64,000 nucleotides of DNA from an uncultured Candidatus Saccharibacteria bacterium (GTDB lineage: Bacteria > Patescibacteriota > Minisyncoccia > Phycocordibacterales > Phycocordibacteraceae). Below, piece by piece: positions 47,918 through 57,347 of this stretch. The stretch lies in contig CAZJKG010000003.1 of NCBI GenBank assembly GCA_964546795.1, positions 22,305 through 86,304 of the forward strand. Direction: 5' to 3'. The first letter of the stretch is position 1. Each line of letters opens with the position of its first letter. Under the pieces are notes generated by a model, which worked only from the letters and a program-made list of their open reading frames with translations, was not told the DNA's origin and made no database searches. Both the position numbers and the translations under genes were made by a program.

Positions 47918-49417
47918 ATGAGCATTCTTATCGCGCTCGTCTCGGGATTCGCGAGCGGAGTGTTCCTCCGCTCGCTTTTTAGTTTTGGATGGGAGCTGAT
48001 GGTGTTCATCTTCCTACTCGCGGCGCTGTTTAGCGCCGCGGCATTTCTGAGACCGCGCATTGCGTATTCACTGTGCGCGTTATTCTGCCTCTGTGTCGCA
48101 TTCGGCATGATGCGTAGCGCGTTCGCTGACACTCCTTTGCCTGAATCATTCGCTCAAGATATTCGACATCGCGTCTCCTACGAAGGCATCGTCGTTACTG
48201 ATCCCGATGTGCGCGATGCGAATCAGCGCGTGGAGATACAGGTCTCAAAAGGGGATGATTCCACGAGGATTCTCGCGGTCGCCTCGCGCTCCACGAGCAT
48301 CGCGGTAGGGGACCGTGTGAATGTCTCTGGTACGCTCCTTGTGCCCGAGGCGTTTGCGGATGATAACGGCCGCATATTCCGTTATGACAAATATCTGGAG
48401 CGCGACGGCGTGCGTTTTATTCTCAACTTCGCTTTCATCCGTGTTGTTGAAGAATCTTCTTGGTATTCTTTGCCGGCTTTGTTCGCACGGATAAAACATT
48501 CATTCCTTGATGGTCTCGCGACAACGTTACCTGAACCATACGCATCACTTGCGGGCGGCATAGTGATAGGAGGGAAGTCCGGTCTCGGTAGCGAACTCAA
48601 GGGAGCATTTACTCGTTCCGGCCTCGTACATATTATCGTTCTCTCCGGCTATAACGTGATGGTGGTTGCAGAGTGGGTGATAGCCGCACTTGCACTCACG
48701 AAACTACCGAAGCGATGGGGTGCCTTCGTGGGAGCGTGCGCACTTCTCATCTTCGTCGGCATTGCGGGTGCTTCGACGACTGCAATTCGCGCCGCGCTCA
48801 TGGCACTCATCGCTCTCTATGCGAGAGCGACTGGCCGCACGTACGCAGCGGGTCGCGCACTTCTTATCGTCGTGTTTCTCATGCTCCTATGGAATCCGCT
48901 GTATCTCGTCTTTGACCCTGGATTCGGTCTATCGGTAGCAGCAACGGCAGGACTCATCTGGCTCGCGCCGCGTATTGAAATGCTTCTTGTATTATTGAAA
49001 AATGTTTTCTGGAAGGATGTGGTCGCAACAACTCTTGCCGCACAAATCTCTGTGTTCCCGCTTCTCCTCTATAATACCGGCAATCTCTCGCTCGTCGCTA
49101 TTCCGGCAAACCTTCTCGTCGCGCCGCTCATGCCGCTCGCGATGGGTCTTTCGGCGCTTGCGAGCTTCGCGGGAATGTTCTTCGGTCATATTGCGCCTTT
49201 TCTCGGTATCGTGCTCGGATTTCCCGCGTATCTTGTCAATGCCTATCTGATATTCATTGCACAAAAATCCGCCGCACTGCCTTTTGCGGCCTTTACGCTT
49301 CCGCCATTTCCGTTCTGGCTTGTGCTCGTTTCTTATACCGCACTTATCTTTGTTGCTTCCTCAAAACGCTTTTCAACAACACTCCAGTTGAGATTCGCAA
49401 AGAAAGCGTCAATATAA
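47918..49417 (+). CDS. comEC: ComEC/Rec2 competence channel (membrane domain only)
   Basis: SGLVHIIVLSGYNV, IRAALM, DPGFGLSVAAT, ANLLVAP. Confidence 0.92.
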   Translation: MSILIALVSGFASGVFLRSLFSFGWELMVFIFLLAALFSAAAFLRPRIAYSLCALFCLCVAFGMMRSAFADTPLPESFAQDIRHRVSYEGIVVTDPDVRDANQRVEIQVSKGDDSTRILAVASRSTSIAVGDRVNVSGTLLVPEAFADDNGRIFRYDKYLERDGVRFILNFAFIRVVEESSWYSLPALFARIKHSFLDGLATTLPEPYASLAGGIVIGGKSGLGSELKGAFTRSGLVHIIVLSGYNVMVVAEWVIAALALTKLPKRWGAFVGACALLIFVGIAGASTTAIRAALMALIALYARATGRTYAAGRALLIVVFLMLLWNPLYLVFDPGFGLSVAATAGLIWLAPRIEMLLVLLKNVFWKDVVATTLAAQISVFPLLLYNTGNLSLVAIPANLLVAPLMPLAMGLSALASFAGMFFGHIAPFLGIVLGFPAYLVNAYLIFIAQKSAALPFAAFTLPPFPFWLVLVSYTALIFVASSKRFSTTLQLRFAKKASI

Positions 49418-49938
49418 TTTTTCTTCTCCGCCGGTACATAGTCCACCATGTACGCATGTTCCCATAGATCAAGCGCTAGAAGGATCGGCAGGCCTGCAAG
49501 CTGTCCTGTCTCGTGATCGCTTACAAATACAGTGTGAATTGTCTTCGCTGTAGGATCGCTATAGACGACGACCCAACCGATGCCGCGACTCCCAGCAACT
49601 TCTCTGATATGCGCTTCAAGTCCTTTCCCTCCATACTTTTCGGCAGTAGTCGAGGCGAGCGCTGAATTCTTATTCGACGCTGTAGCCCCGCCTTCAAACT
49701 GGCCGAAGTAATATTCGTGCATGCGCATGCCGTCAAACTCAAACGCGAAGCGTCGACGCAACTCCGCAACGATGTACGAATCAAGTTCAACCTGTCCGGC
49801 ACGAACGGCTGCAAGTTTTTCCATAATGAGGTTCACGTGCTTCACATACCCCTCATAGAGAGCGAGATGCACTTTGATCTGTTTTTCCGAAAGCCCGTTC
49901 ATGGCCGGGAGATTGAACTGTTTTGCGATGTATTGCAT
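49333..49938 (-). CDS. Fe/Mn superoxide dismutase family protein
   Basis: HLALYEGYVKHVN, MHEYYF, LALDLWEHAY; overlaps the comEC 3' end by ~85 bp. Confidence 0.88.
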   Translation of the reverse strand: MQYIAKQFNLPAMNGLSEKQIKVHLALYEGYVKHVNLIMEKLAAVRAGQVELDSYIVAELRRRFAFEFDGMRMHEYYFGQFEGGATASNKNSALASTTAEKYGGKGLEAHIREVAGSRGIGWVVVYSDPTAKTIHTVFVSDHETGQLAGLPILLALDLWEHAYMVDYVPAEKKNYIDAFFANLNWSVVEKRFEEATKISAV

Positions 49939-49968
49939 ATCCCACATCATACTCTATACTTCCAACAT

Positions 49969-50286
49969 ATGAACATGGAATCACTTGGACAGAACGGCGG
50001 TATTGAGGGACTGATGTCTGCTTTTATTGATAATCACCCGGAATATAAAGAAAAGAATTTCACTCGAGAGGAAATTCATCAGGCAGCGGAACTCATTAAA
50101 AATCGGGATGCAAGTTCGGTTCAGGAAATGTTGCAACGCGCACTTGACGCTCGTGTTGCTGTGCGAGGGGTCAAAGAGAAAATGCCGGTGATAAATAATC
50201 GGGATGCGGTGATTGGTATAGGAAGCACACTAGAAGAAGCACGAGCGATGTATAGAAAAGATAACGAGACGCGCGACTCAATATAA
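49969..50286 (+). CDS. Hypothetical protein (105 aa)
   Basis: TATACT 8 nt before ATG; fills the gap. Confidence 0.6.
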   Translation: MNMESLGQNGGIEGLMSAFIDNHPEYKEKNFTREEIHQAAELIKNRDASSVQEMLQRALDARVAVRGVKEKMPVINNRDAVIGIGSTLEEARAMYRKDNETRDSI

Positions 50287-50298
50287 TAAATAGATGAA

Positions 50299-50326
50299 GG
50301 GCGCCCGCGACGTATCGCGAGCGCCC
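50299..50326. terminator. Hairpin between convergent small genes
   Basis: GGGCGCCCGCGA-CGTA-TCGCGAGCGCCC. Confidence 0.55.
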
Positions 50327-50334
50327 AAAACGAC

Positions 50335-50493
50335 TTAATGAACGGTCACCACTGTGCGGTTAAAATCTGCTGCAAAAGATAGAATTTCGAGTGCCCGCTT
50401 GGGACCGTTCTTCCGAATCAACTGCTCGATACTCTTGTCGCCCGGATCAATGAGACGAATCCGAGCGGTCTCCTCTAGAGTTCTCGGTCTCAT
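50335..50493 (-). CDS. Small orphan protein (52 aa; not in the ORF track)
   Basis: AAGGAGGAGG SD then MRPRTLEETARIRLIDPGDKSIEQLIRKNGPKRALEILSFAADFNRTVVTVH; upstream TTGCAT-17-TATGGT. Confidence 0.55.
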   Translation of the reverse strand: MRPRTLEETARIRLIDPGDKSIEQLIRKNGPKRALEILSFAADFNRTVVTVH

Positions 50494-50548
50494 CGTCCCT
50501 CCTCCTTGTGTTGGGTTCCTGAAATACCATACTATACTTTGCTGAATT

Positions 50549-51065
50549 ATGCAAGTTTTTCAAAATAGTAGGTTTCTGTTCCTCTGTATCGTGATTCTTA
50601 TAGCAGCGAACATTTTCGTGTATCGCGCAGTGGTCGCGCCGCACATATTAAAAGTATCGGTGTTGGAAGTGGGTCCGCCAGCCGGCGGAGGCAACGCAAT
50701 TTTGATACAAAGTCAGAACGGAAAAACATTTCTCGTAGATACCGGACCGGACGCGAGCATTCCGTGCTCTCGGAGAGACATTGCCGATGTGGCAGAGAAA
50801 TATTGATGCCGTCATTCTTACAGGCACGAAGACCTCTTTTGTCGGAGGGTTACCGGAAGTTGAAAGTCGATATCGTGTCGGAGCGCGTATGCATTTTGGC
50901 GACGCTGTCGTTCCATACGGTACGTCTCTGACGTTTGACGGATTTCGTATTGAAATAATTTCTCCCGGAACACTTATCGTCTCCTATGGCGCGACTTTGT
51001 TCACTATCTCCTCCTCCACGCCCGCAGGTACCTATATTTCAGACGGAGTATCTATACAGAAATAA
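50549..51065 (+). pseudogene. Truncated ComEC-type metallo-beta-lactamase-like domain, frameshifted near 50761
   Basis: LVDTGPDASI in one frame continues as RALGETLPMWQRNIDAVILT in another. Confidence 0.6.
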
Positions 51066-51070
51066 GATGT

Positions 51071-51147
51071 GAGCCGGAAAACTGAAAAAAGAGAGTAGGA
51101 CTTGGCCTAGCGGCCCGGAGCGCTCTCTTTTTTCAGTTTTCCGGCTC
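51071..51147. repeat. Hairpin element, conserved-loop family, copy 2 (3' of rpmB)
   Basis: GAGCCGGAAAACTGAAAAAAGAGAG stem enclosing GTAGGACTTGGCCTAGCGGCCCGGAGCGCT. Confidence 0.8.
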
Positions 51148-51389
51148 TAAATCGCACCAACTTTTTTCAATGCGGCAAAAGCGCCGTTCTTCTTGATGGT
51201 CTTAAGTCCTTTCATTGAAACGATTGTGATGATGGTCTTTCCAAGTTCGCTTACATAAATACGGCGCTTTTGGAGATTCGCCTTACGACGCACCTTGCCG
51301 GTGGGGTTGAATTGCGTTGCGCGGGTGCGGTTGGAATACCGTCCGCCAATTTGCGTCGATTTACCCGTTATTTCACATTGTCTTGTCAT
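51147..51389 (-). CDS. rpmB: 50S ribosomal protein L28
   Basis: MTRQCEITGK...KANLQKRRIYVSELGK...MKGLKTIKKNG. Confidence 0.9.
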   Translation of the reverse strand: MTRQCEITGKSTQIGGRYSNRTRATQFNPTGKVRRKANLQKRRIYVSELGKTIITIVSMKGLKTIKKNGAFAALKKVGAI

Positions 51390-51540
51390 AGTGACCGCAT
51401 GGTAGCATACCCCATAGCACAACTCAATACGAACATGAAAAATCAACGAACGATTATTTTTTCTCCATACGAATCGGCAAAGTGGCACGTGCGATTTTGT
51501 TCAGTCGTGCAACGGGGCAGGGGGTTCTAAACCGGAAAAC

Positions 51541-52176
51541 ATGGACACTATTCTTCCGCTCATCGTTCTCATCCTCTCCATCATCGTGCACGAATTGGCG
51601 CACGGCTACGCCGCAAACTCTCTCGGTGACCCGACCGCCCGGTTAGCTGGCCGCCTCACCATGAACCCACTCTCTCACATCGATTTCATGGGCTCGATAG
51701 TCATCCCTGCGCTTCTCGTCTTTACCAACTCGCCTATACTCTTCGGTTGGGCGAAGCCCGTTCCCTATAACCCGTACAATCTAAGGAATCAGCGTTGGGG
51801 CGAAGCGTTTGTTGCAGTCGCCGGAAGCGCGACGAACATCCTCCTCGCACTTATTTTCGGATTCATCGTGCGTTTTGGTACTTCTATAGGGTTTGATGCA
51901 ACAGCTCTTTCGCTCGCCGCAACTATCGCGTTCATCAATCTCTTCCTCGGCCTTTTCAATCTCATTCCGTTCCCGCCGCTCGATGGTTTTACCACACTGC
52001 GCTCCGCGCTTCCGTGGCATCTTTCTTCCGGCCTACACCATCTGGAACAGCAGATCCGCAATGCGGGGGCTCTCTCGCTCATTCTGTTCCTTTTCATCTT
52101 TTCGTATCTGTTCGCGGGACCGTTTTTCAACCTCATCCTCTGGCTCTTCGGACTCATCACGGGCGGCAGTGTATAG
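51541..52176 (+). CDS. Site-2 protease family (M50) metalloprotease
   Basis: HELAH, GDPTARLAGRLTMNP, NLIPFPPLDG. Confidence 0.92.
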   Translation: MDTILPLIVLILSIIVHELAHGYAANSLGDPTARLAGRLTMNPLSHIDFMGSIVIPALLVFTNSPILFGWAKPVPYNPYNLRNQRWGEAFVAVAGSATNILLALIFGFIVRFGTSIGFDATALSLAATIAFINLFLGLFNLIPFPPLDGFTTLRSALPWHLSSGLHHLEQQIRNAGALSLILFLFIFSYLFAGPFFNLILWLFGLITGGSV

Positions 52177-52184
52177 TACGGCCT

Positions 52185-52445
52185 ATGGACTTCAATAAAA
52201 TCCCCAAGCAATTTTGTGAGAACGTCGTGGCAGGGCACTCGGGAGAGAATTTTGTCATGCTTATGAGTGTTGGTGAGACAGCGAACGCTTATGCTCTCAC
52301 GCCCCCTCATATGAAGCGTCTGGTGCAAAGTTTGTCTCATCAGGTTGCGGAATATGAGAAAAAGTTCGGCACCATACAAGCGAAATGGTCTCCAGGCATC
52401 GAGAGTCCGCTTCAATCCAAAGATATCAAGGGCAGCGGGGCATAA
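52185..52445 (+). CDS. Small conserved protein (DUF3467-like)
   Basis: MDFNKIPKQFCENV...LTPPHMKRL...EYEKKFGTI; TATAGT 7 nt before ATG. Confidence 0.7.
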   Translation: MDFNKIPKQFCENVVAGHSGENFVMLMSVGETANAYALTPPHMKRLVQSLSHQVAEYEKKFGTIQAKWSPGIESPLQSKDIKGSGA

Positions 52446-52451
52446 TACGCT

Positions 52452-52639
52452 TAGAACCCATCTCAAAAATAACCGTGAGAAATAACCGGAAGCCCGCTTG
52501 GCCGCTGCGACGCGGATTTTCCGGCTCCGGCAGGTAGCGGCTCGAACTCGGCGTATCTCGATACGCCTCGTTCTCTGCCGACCCGCCTCGCTCGGAAAAT
52601 CCGCGTCTCGCCAGGCCATTATTTTTGAGATGGGTTCTA
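52452..52639. mobile_element. MITE-like element with perfect 21 bp terminal inverted repeats
   Basis: TAGAACCCATCTCAAAAATAA / TTATTTTTGAGATGGGTTCTA; YTAG at both ends; nested internal hairpins; no transposase. Confidence 0.72.
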
Positions 52640-52693
52640 GATCTTTTCAACTCCCTCCATTTTCCGCCGCGTGCGACTGCTATACTGAAGAGG

Positions 52694-53119
52694 ATGGAGT
52701 ACCAGGTACCGCAGTTCATCGAGGTTGAAGATAAGATAGTCGGACCTTTGACCTTGAGGCAGTTCATCTACGTCGCCGGCGCGGGCGGACTTTGCATTAT
52801 TTTCTTTGTGTATCTGCCAATACTTTTTGCATTTTTGCTCTCTATACCGGTGGTGGCGTTCGCTGCAGCCCTCACGTTCTATAAAATAAACGGTAAATCA
52901 TTCATCGAAATACTGGAAGCTGGCTTCAACTATTACACGGGGGCAAAATTCTTCCTCTGGAAGCATGGGGGGTCAGAAACGGAAAAGGAGCCGGGTCCCA
53001 CGAACGCGGCCGCGGCGGCCGCGGAAACCGCAGCTCTCAAAGCGCATGGCACTCCGAAACTTACGCGAGGAAAACTTTCGGAGCTTGCATGGTCGCTCGA
53101 TATCAAAACCCCTAAATAA
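52694..53119 (+). CDS. PrgI family protein (VirB3-like)
   Basis: MEYQVPQFIEVEDKIVGPLTLRQF plus 2 TM. Confidence 0.85.
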   Translation: MEYQVPQFIEVEDKIVGPLTLRQFIYVAGAGGLCIIFFVYLPILFAFLLSIPVVAFAAALTFYKINGKSFIEILEAGFNYYTGAKFFLWKHGGSETEKEPGPTNAAAAAAETAALKAHGTPKLTRGKLSELAWSLDIKTPK

Positions 53120-53120
53120 T

Positions 53121-53756
53121 ATGGCGGTAAAACCAGCAGGCGCAACTCAGCAGTTTGTCCCGGTCAAGGAGATTCGGAACGGCGTCATCGTCCTTAAGGA
53201 TGGTGGGTACCGTGGCGCACTCATCTGCTCTTCCGTGAACTTCGGGCTCAAGTCCGCCGATGAACAACACGCGATAACGCTCGGCTTCCAGAACTTCCTT
53301 AATACGCTCGATTTCTCCATTCAGATCGTCGTGAACTCGCGCAAGATGGACCTGCGTCCTTATCTCTCATTTCTGGAGGAAAAAGCTCCGGAACAGAAAA
53401 CCGAGCTCATGCGGATACAGCTGCATGAATATATTTCATTCGTCCGGTCTTTCACCGATCAGGCGAATATCATGACGAAATCATTCTATATCATCGTGCC
53501 GTATGCTCCGCGTGTTTCCGCCACCCGTGCGGTCAGTTTTCTGCGGCGCGACAGTGAGTCCGTGAAAAACGCTGCGGCCGCCACTTCTTTCGAGGAGGAT
53601 CGCGCGCAACTTGACCAGCGACTTTCGCTCGTCTCCGGCAGCTTAGCGGGTACCGGCGTGCGCGCGGCGGTACTCGGCACCGAAGAAGTTATTGAGCTCC
53701 TGTATCGCTCTTTCAACCCCGGCGAATTGGAAAACCCTATTCGTCTCGATACCTAA
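53121..53756 (+). CDS. VirB4-associated protein (CPR T4SS-like locus)
   Basis: ATQQFVPVKEIRNGV, SSVNFGLKSADEQ, FLNTLDF; lies between PrgI and VirB4. Confidence 0.72.
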   Translation: MAVKPAGATQQFVPVKEIRNGVIVLKDGGYRGALICSSVNFGLKSADEQHAITLGFQNFLNTLDFSIQIVVNSRKMDLRPYLSFLEEKAPEQKTELMRIQLHEYISFVRSFTDQANIMTKSFYIIVPYAPRVSATRAVSFLRRDSESVKNAAAATSFEEDRAQLDQRLSLVSGSLAGTGVRAAVLGTEEVIELLYRSFNPGELENPIRLDT

Positions 53757-53758
53757 CT

Positions 53759-55576
53759 ATGGCACTGCTTGATTTTTTCAATCGTAAAAAAGAGGAGCCG
53801 GCGATAACATCGGTCCTGCCTGGAGACATCTACAAACAGGGTTACTTGGACCTCGTTGACACCATAGCACCGACGGCGCTCAAGATCAGTCCACGCGAGC
53901 TTGAACTCGGAGAAAAATTCGTCCGCGCTTTCTACACCATCTCCTACCCGCGTTTCCTTTCCGACAGCTGGTTCTCACCCATCATCAATCTCGACAAAGT
54001 GCTCGATATCTCTTTATTCATTCATCCGATAGAAACCGAGCAGGCGCTGCGCGGTTTCCAGAAGAAGGTTGCCGAGGTTCAGAGCCAGATCAACGAGCGC
54101 GAAGCAAAAGGGCTTGTGCGCGATCCTTTGCTCGACACCGCGTATCAGGATCTTGAGAGTTTGCGAGACAATCTGCAGCAGGCCCAAGAAAAATTGTTTG
54201 AAGTCGGTCTCTATCTTGCTCTCTACGGCGACTCCAAAGAAGAAATTGACAAAACCGAAGGCGACATCCGGGGCATCTTGGATGCCAAACTCGTCTACAC
54301 CAAACCAGCGCTCTTTCAGCAGGAGCAGGGATTTCGTTCGTGTCTTCCGCTTGGCACCGACGAACTCCTTGTCAATTCAAAACTGAACTCTTCACCGCTT
54401 TCCTCTATCTTTCCTTTTGTCTCCTTCGACCTCACAAGCGACCGCGGCATCCTCTATGGCATCAATCGCCACAATTCTTCGCTTATTCTTTTCGACCGCT
54501 TCTCGCTCGAGAACTATAATTCGGTCGTATTCGCGAAGTCCGGCTCCGGCAAAAGTTATGCGACAAAACTCGAGATATTGCGTTCCCTTATGTTCGGCAC
54601 TGACGTTATCGTCATCGACCCAGAGCGCGAGTACGAGCAGCTCGCGGAATCCACGGGCGGACGTTCATTTCATATTTCGCTCTCCTCAAAACACCATATC
54701 AATCCGTTCGATCTCCCTCCGGTCAAAGAAGACGAGGATCCGAAGGACATCTTGCGCTCCAACATCATTGCGCTCGTCGGACTCTTTCGCATCATGCTCT
54801 CCGGCCTCTCGCCCGAGGAAGACGCCATTGTTGACCGCGCTATCAGCGAAACGTATGCGCTCAAAGACATCACTGGTGATGTCGATTTCACGAACGCAGA
54901 GCCGCCGCTGCTGTCCGATTTCGAACAGGTACTCTCCGGCATGCAGGGGAGTGAGTCCTTGGTTGAACGTCTCTCCAAATACACCCGCGGGACCTGGGCG
55001 GGATTCCTGAACCAGCCGACCAATATCGATCTCAAACAGCAGTTCGTAGTGTTCTCAGTGCGTGATATGGAGGATGAATTAAAACCGGTGGCGATGTACA
55101 TCATCACGCACTATATCTGGAACGCGGTGCGCCATGACCTGAAGAAACGACTGCTTGTGATCGACGAGGCATGGTGGATGATGAAGAGCGAGGACACCGC
55201 TTCTTTCCTCTATTCCGTTGCGAAGCGCGGACGCAAATACTATCTGGGCGTCTGCACCATCACGCAGGACGTCGAGGATTTCTTGAAGAGTCCGTACGGG
55301 CGACCGATCCTCACCAACTCTTCTCTGCAACTGCTGTTGAAACAGTCGCCGACGACCATTGATGTACTGCAACAAACCTTCAATCTCACCGATGAAGAGA
55401 AATATCTCTTGCTTGAAGCCGGGGTGGGCGAGGGGCTTTTCTTCGCGGGATTAAAGCATGTCGCCATCAAGATTGTTGCGAGCTATACCGAAGACCAAAT
55501 AATAACTTCTGATCCCTCGCAGCTCCTTGCGATAAAGGAGGAGAAGGAGCGTCATGCCATTACGCAAAAACAATAG
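53759..55576 (+). CDS. VirB4-like ATPase
   Basis: AKSGSGKS, VIDPEREY, INPFD, VIDEAW, KRGRKY, ITQD. Confidence 0.9.
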   Translation: MALLDFFNRKKEEPAITSVLPGDIYKQGYLDLVDTIAPTALKISPRELELGEKFVRAFYTISYPRFLSDSWFSPIINLDKVLDISLFIHPIETEQALRGFQKKVAEVQSQINEREAKGLVRDPLLDTAYQDLESLRDNLQQAQEKLFEVGLYLALYGDSKEEIDKTEGDIRGILDAKLVYTKPALFQQEQGFRSCLPLGTDELLVNSKLNSSPLSSIFPFVSFDLTSDRGILYGINRHNSSLILFDRFSLENYNSVVFAKSGSGKSYATKLEILRSLMFGTDVIVIDPEREYEQLAESTGGRSFHISLSSKHHINPFDLPPVKEDEDPKDILRSNIIALVGLFRIMLSGLSPEEDAIVDRAISETYALKDITGDVDFTNAEPPLLSDFEQVLSGMQGSESLVERLSKYTRGTWAGFLNQPTNIDLKQQFVVFSVRDMEDELKPVAMYIITHYIWNAVRHDLKKRLLVIDEAWWMMKSEDTASFLYSVAKRGRKYYLGVCTITQDVEDFLKSPYGRPILTNSSLQLLLKQSPTTIDVLQQTFNLTDEEKYLLLEAGVGEGLFFAGLKHVAIKIVASYTEDQIITSDPSQLLAIKEEKERHAITQKQ

Positions 55577-56240
55577 ACCGGCACCGCCCGAAGTAATGAC
55601 GTGGACGAGAGCAACGCCAGTACTCGTTATCTGCTTGGTATTTGATGCTCTGGGTTCCTTCTTCGCTATGTTCTGGCTTATCGGCCCAGCATTAGCTGCT
55701 GCATACTGTGTTGCAGAAGGGGGTACTGCTTTAGAGACATGGACATTAGGATTGTTGGGGACAAAAACAGCAGCGGCAGTGTGTTCTTATGGTGCCGTCA
55801 AGGCCGGAGCCATCCTTTCGGCACCGCTCACAACATTCGGGACCGTGATGGATATGGCTATTGGTCTCTTCGGTTGGCTCACGGTCGGACTCATACTTAT
55901 CATTACCAATGCACGTATATTTAAAGAAAATGTTAGCCATACGGTCTGGTTCGTTGGTTCTCTTCTTGTAAGCGAAGTGCCGATTATTGGTACCGTGCCC
56001 GCGCTCTCGGTCACGATGTGGCGGCTGTATCACGCCCAGATCAAAAAGGAGAAGGAGGACATGAAGCGATATGAGAGTGAGAACGCGACTGCCCGCCAAG
56101 AAGAAAAACGTCAGCAGACCGAACAGCTCATGCGCATCAACGCTGCAAAACTGGCGCAGGATGAGACGGCAACAGAAGAAGAAACCGCTATGGAACAGGC
56201 CTCAGCGGAAATCCCCGAAGAAATGAGTGGGTCAAGATGA
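55554..56240 (+). CDS. Hypothetical membrane protein
   Basis: Several TM segments and a charged tail; overlaps the VirB4-like stop. Confidence 0.72.
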   Translation: MPLRKNNRPAPPEVMTWTRATPVLVICLVFDALGSFFAMFWLIGPALAAAYCVAEGGTALETWTLGLLGTKTAAAVCSYGAVKAGAILSAPLTTFGTVMDMAIGLFGWLTVGLILIITNARIFKENVSHTVWFVGSLLVSEVPIIGTVPALSVTMWRLYHAQIKKEKEDMKRYESENATARQEEKRQQTEQLMRINAAKLAQDETATEEETAMEQASAEIPEEMSGSR

Positions 56241-56268
56241 ACTCTTTTATAGGATATATACTAGAGAC

Positions 56269-57282
56269 ATGGTTCCGCGCACTTTAGGATTCTTCCTGAT
56301 GATGTTTTTTGGTACGGTGCTCATGCTTCCGCTATCATCATCGGCACAATCTTTCGAAGATCTGGGGGATACGAGCGGCAACGCCTTTACGCTCTCAGCG
56401 CGTCCGCAATATCCGGCACCCTATAGCCAAGCGACACTCTCCCTTCTCTCGAGCTCTCTTGACCTCACAAACGCGACAATGACCGTCTCGCTCGCCGGCA
56501 AGGAAATATATAAAGGTGCAGTGCAACCAGTCGCCATCTCGCTTGGCAAGGCGGGAAGCGTTGCAAACGTGAACGTGACGCTTTCCGTAAATGGACTGAG
56601 TTACAGCCAAACACTCGTCATACAGCCCCAAGATGTCGTACTGGTCGCCGAACCCATCTCTTCGGCTCCGCCCTTGTACCTCGGCAAGCCATCGGTTCCG
56701 CTTGAAGGAAGCGTGCGGGTCGTTGCAATGGCGAATCTGAAGGATGCTGGCGGTAAAGCACTTAATCCAAATCTGCTCTCTTACGCGTGGACGGTCGACG
56801 ATACCCAGATAGCGAACGCCTCCGGTATCGGCAAACAGGCGATTATGGTCGCTTCACCGCTTCAGTACCGCGAACGATCGGTCTCGGTCACCGTTCAGAG
56901 CCAAAACGGGAGTTTGGTCGGCGGCGCATCACTCTCACTCACCGCCCAAGAACCTTCGGTGCGCATGTATAAAAACGACCCATTGCTTGGTATCCGTTAC
57001 GACCATGCTCTCTCCGACTCCTATGCCATTGCGGGTTCAGAAACAACGTTCTACGCAGCACCGTTTTCCCTACCAACGAGCGGCGGCGTGCCGCTCATTC
57101 AGTGGTTCTTGGACGGCGCAGCAGCACAGACGGGAAATTCCATAACACTGCGACCCGCCGGTAGCGGACAGGGGAATTCTTCGCTTTCCCTCGTCGCTTC
57201 TGCAGGCAACTCTGCGACAGCAAGCATGAATCTCTTACTTTCTTTTGGGACGCAATCGGGCTTTAACTTCTTCGGCTTATGA
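56269..57282 (+). CDS. Secreted beta-rich (Ig-like) hypothetical protein
   Basis: Signal peptide SSSA-Q; YAWTVD and IQWFLDG strands. Confidence 0.75.
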   Translation: MVPRTLGFFLMMFFGTVLMLPLSSSAQSFEDLGDTSGNAFTLSARPQYPAPYSQATLSLLSSSLDLTNATMTVSLAGKEIYKGAVQPVAISLGKAGSVANVNVTLSVNGLSYSQTLVIQPQDVVLVAEPISSAPPLYLGKPSVPLEGSVRVVAMANLKDAGGKALNPNLLSYAWTVDDTQIANASGIGKQAIMVASPLQYRERSVSVTVQSQNGSLVGGASLSLTAQEPSVRMYKNDPLLGIRYDHALSDSYAIAGSETTFYAAPFSLPTSGGVPLIQWFLDGAAAQTGNSITLRPAGSGQGNSSLSLVASAGNSATASMNLLLSFGTQSGFNFFGL

Positions 57283-57283
57283 G

Positions 57284-57347
57284 TCCCGTTAGAGACAAAA
57301 CATTGAAAATGTTTACCGACTTATGGACAAGTCGGGTCTCTAATAGG
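57284..57347 (+). mobile_element. Start-codon-targeted hairpin element, copy 4 (at pilin gene; short, in frame)
   Basis: ATGAG-TCCCGTTAGAGAC...GTCTCTAATAGG-ATGAA. Confidence 0.72.
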
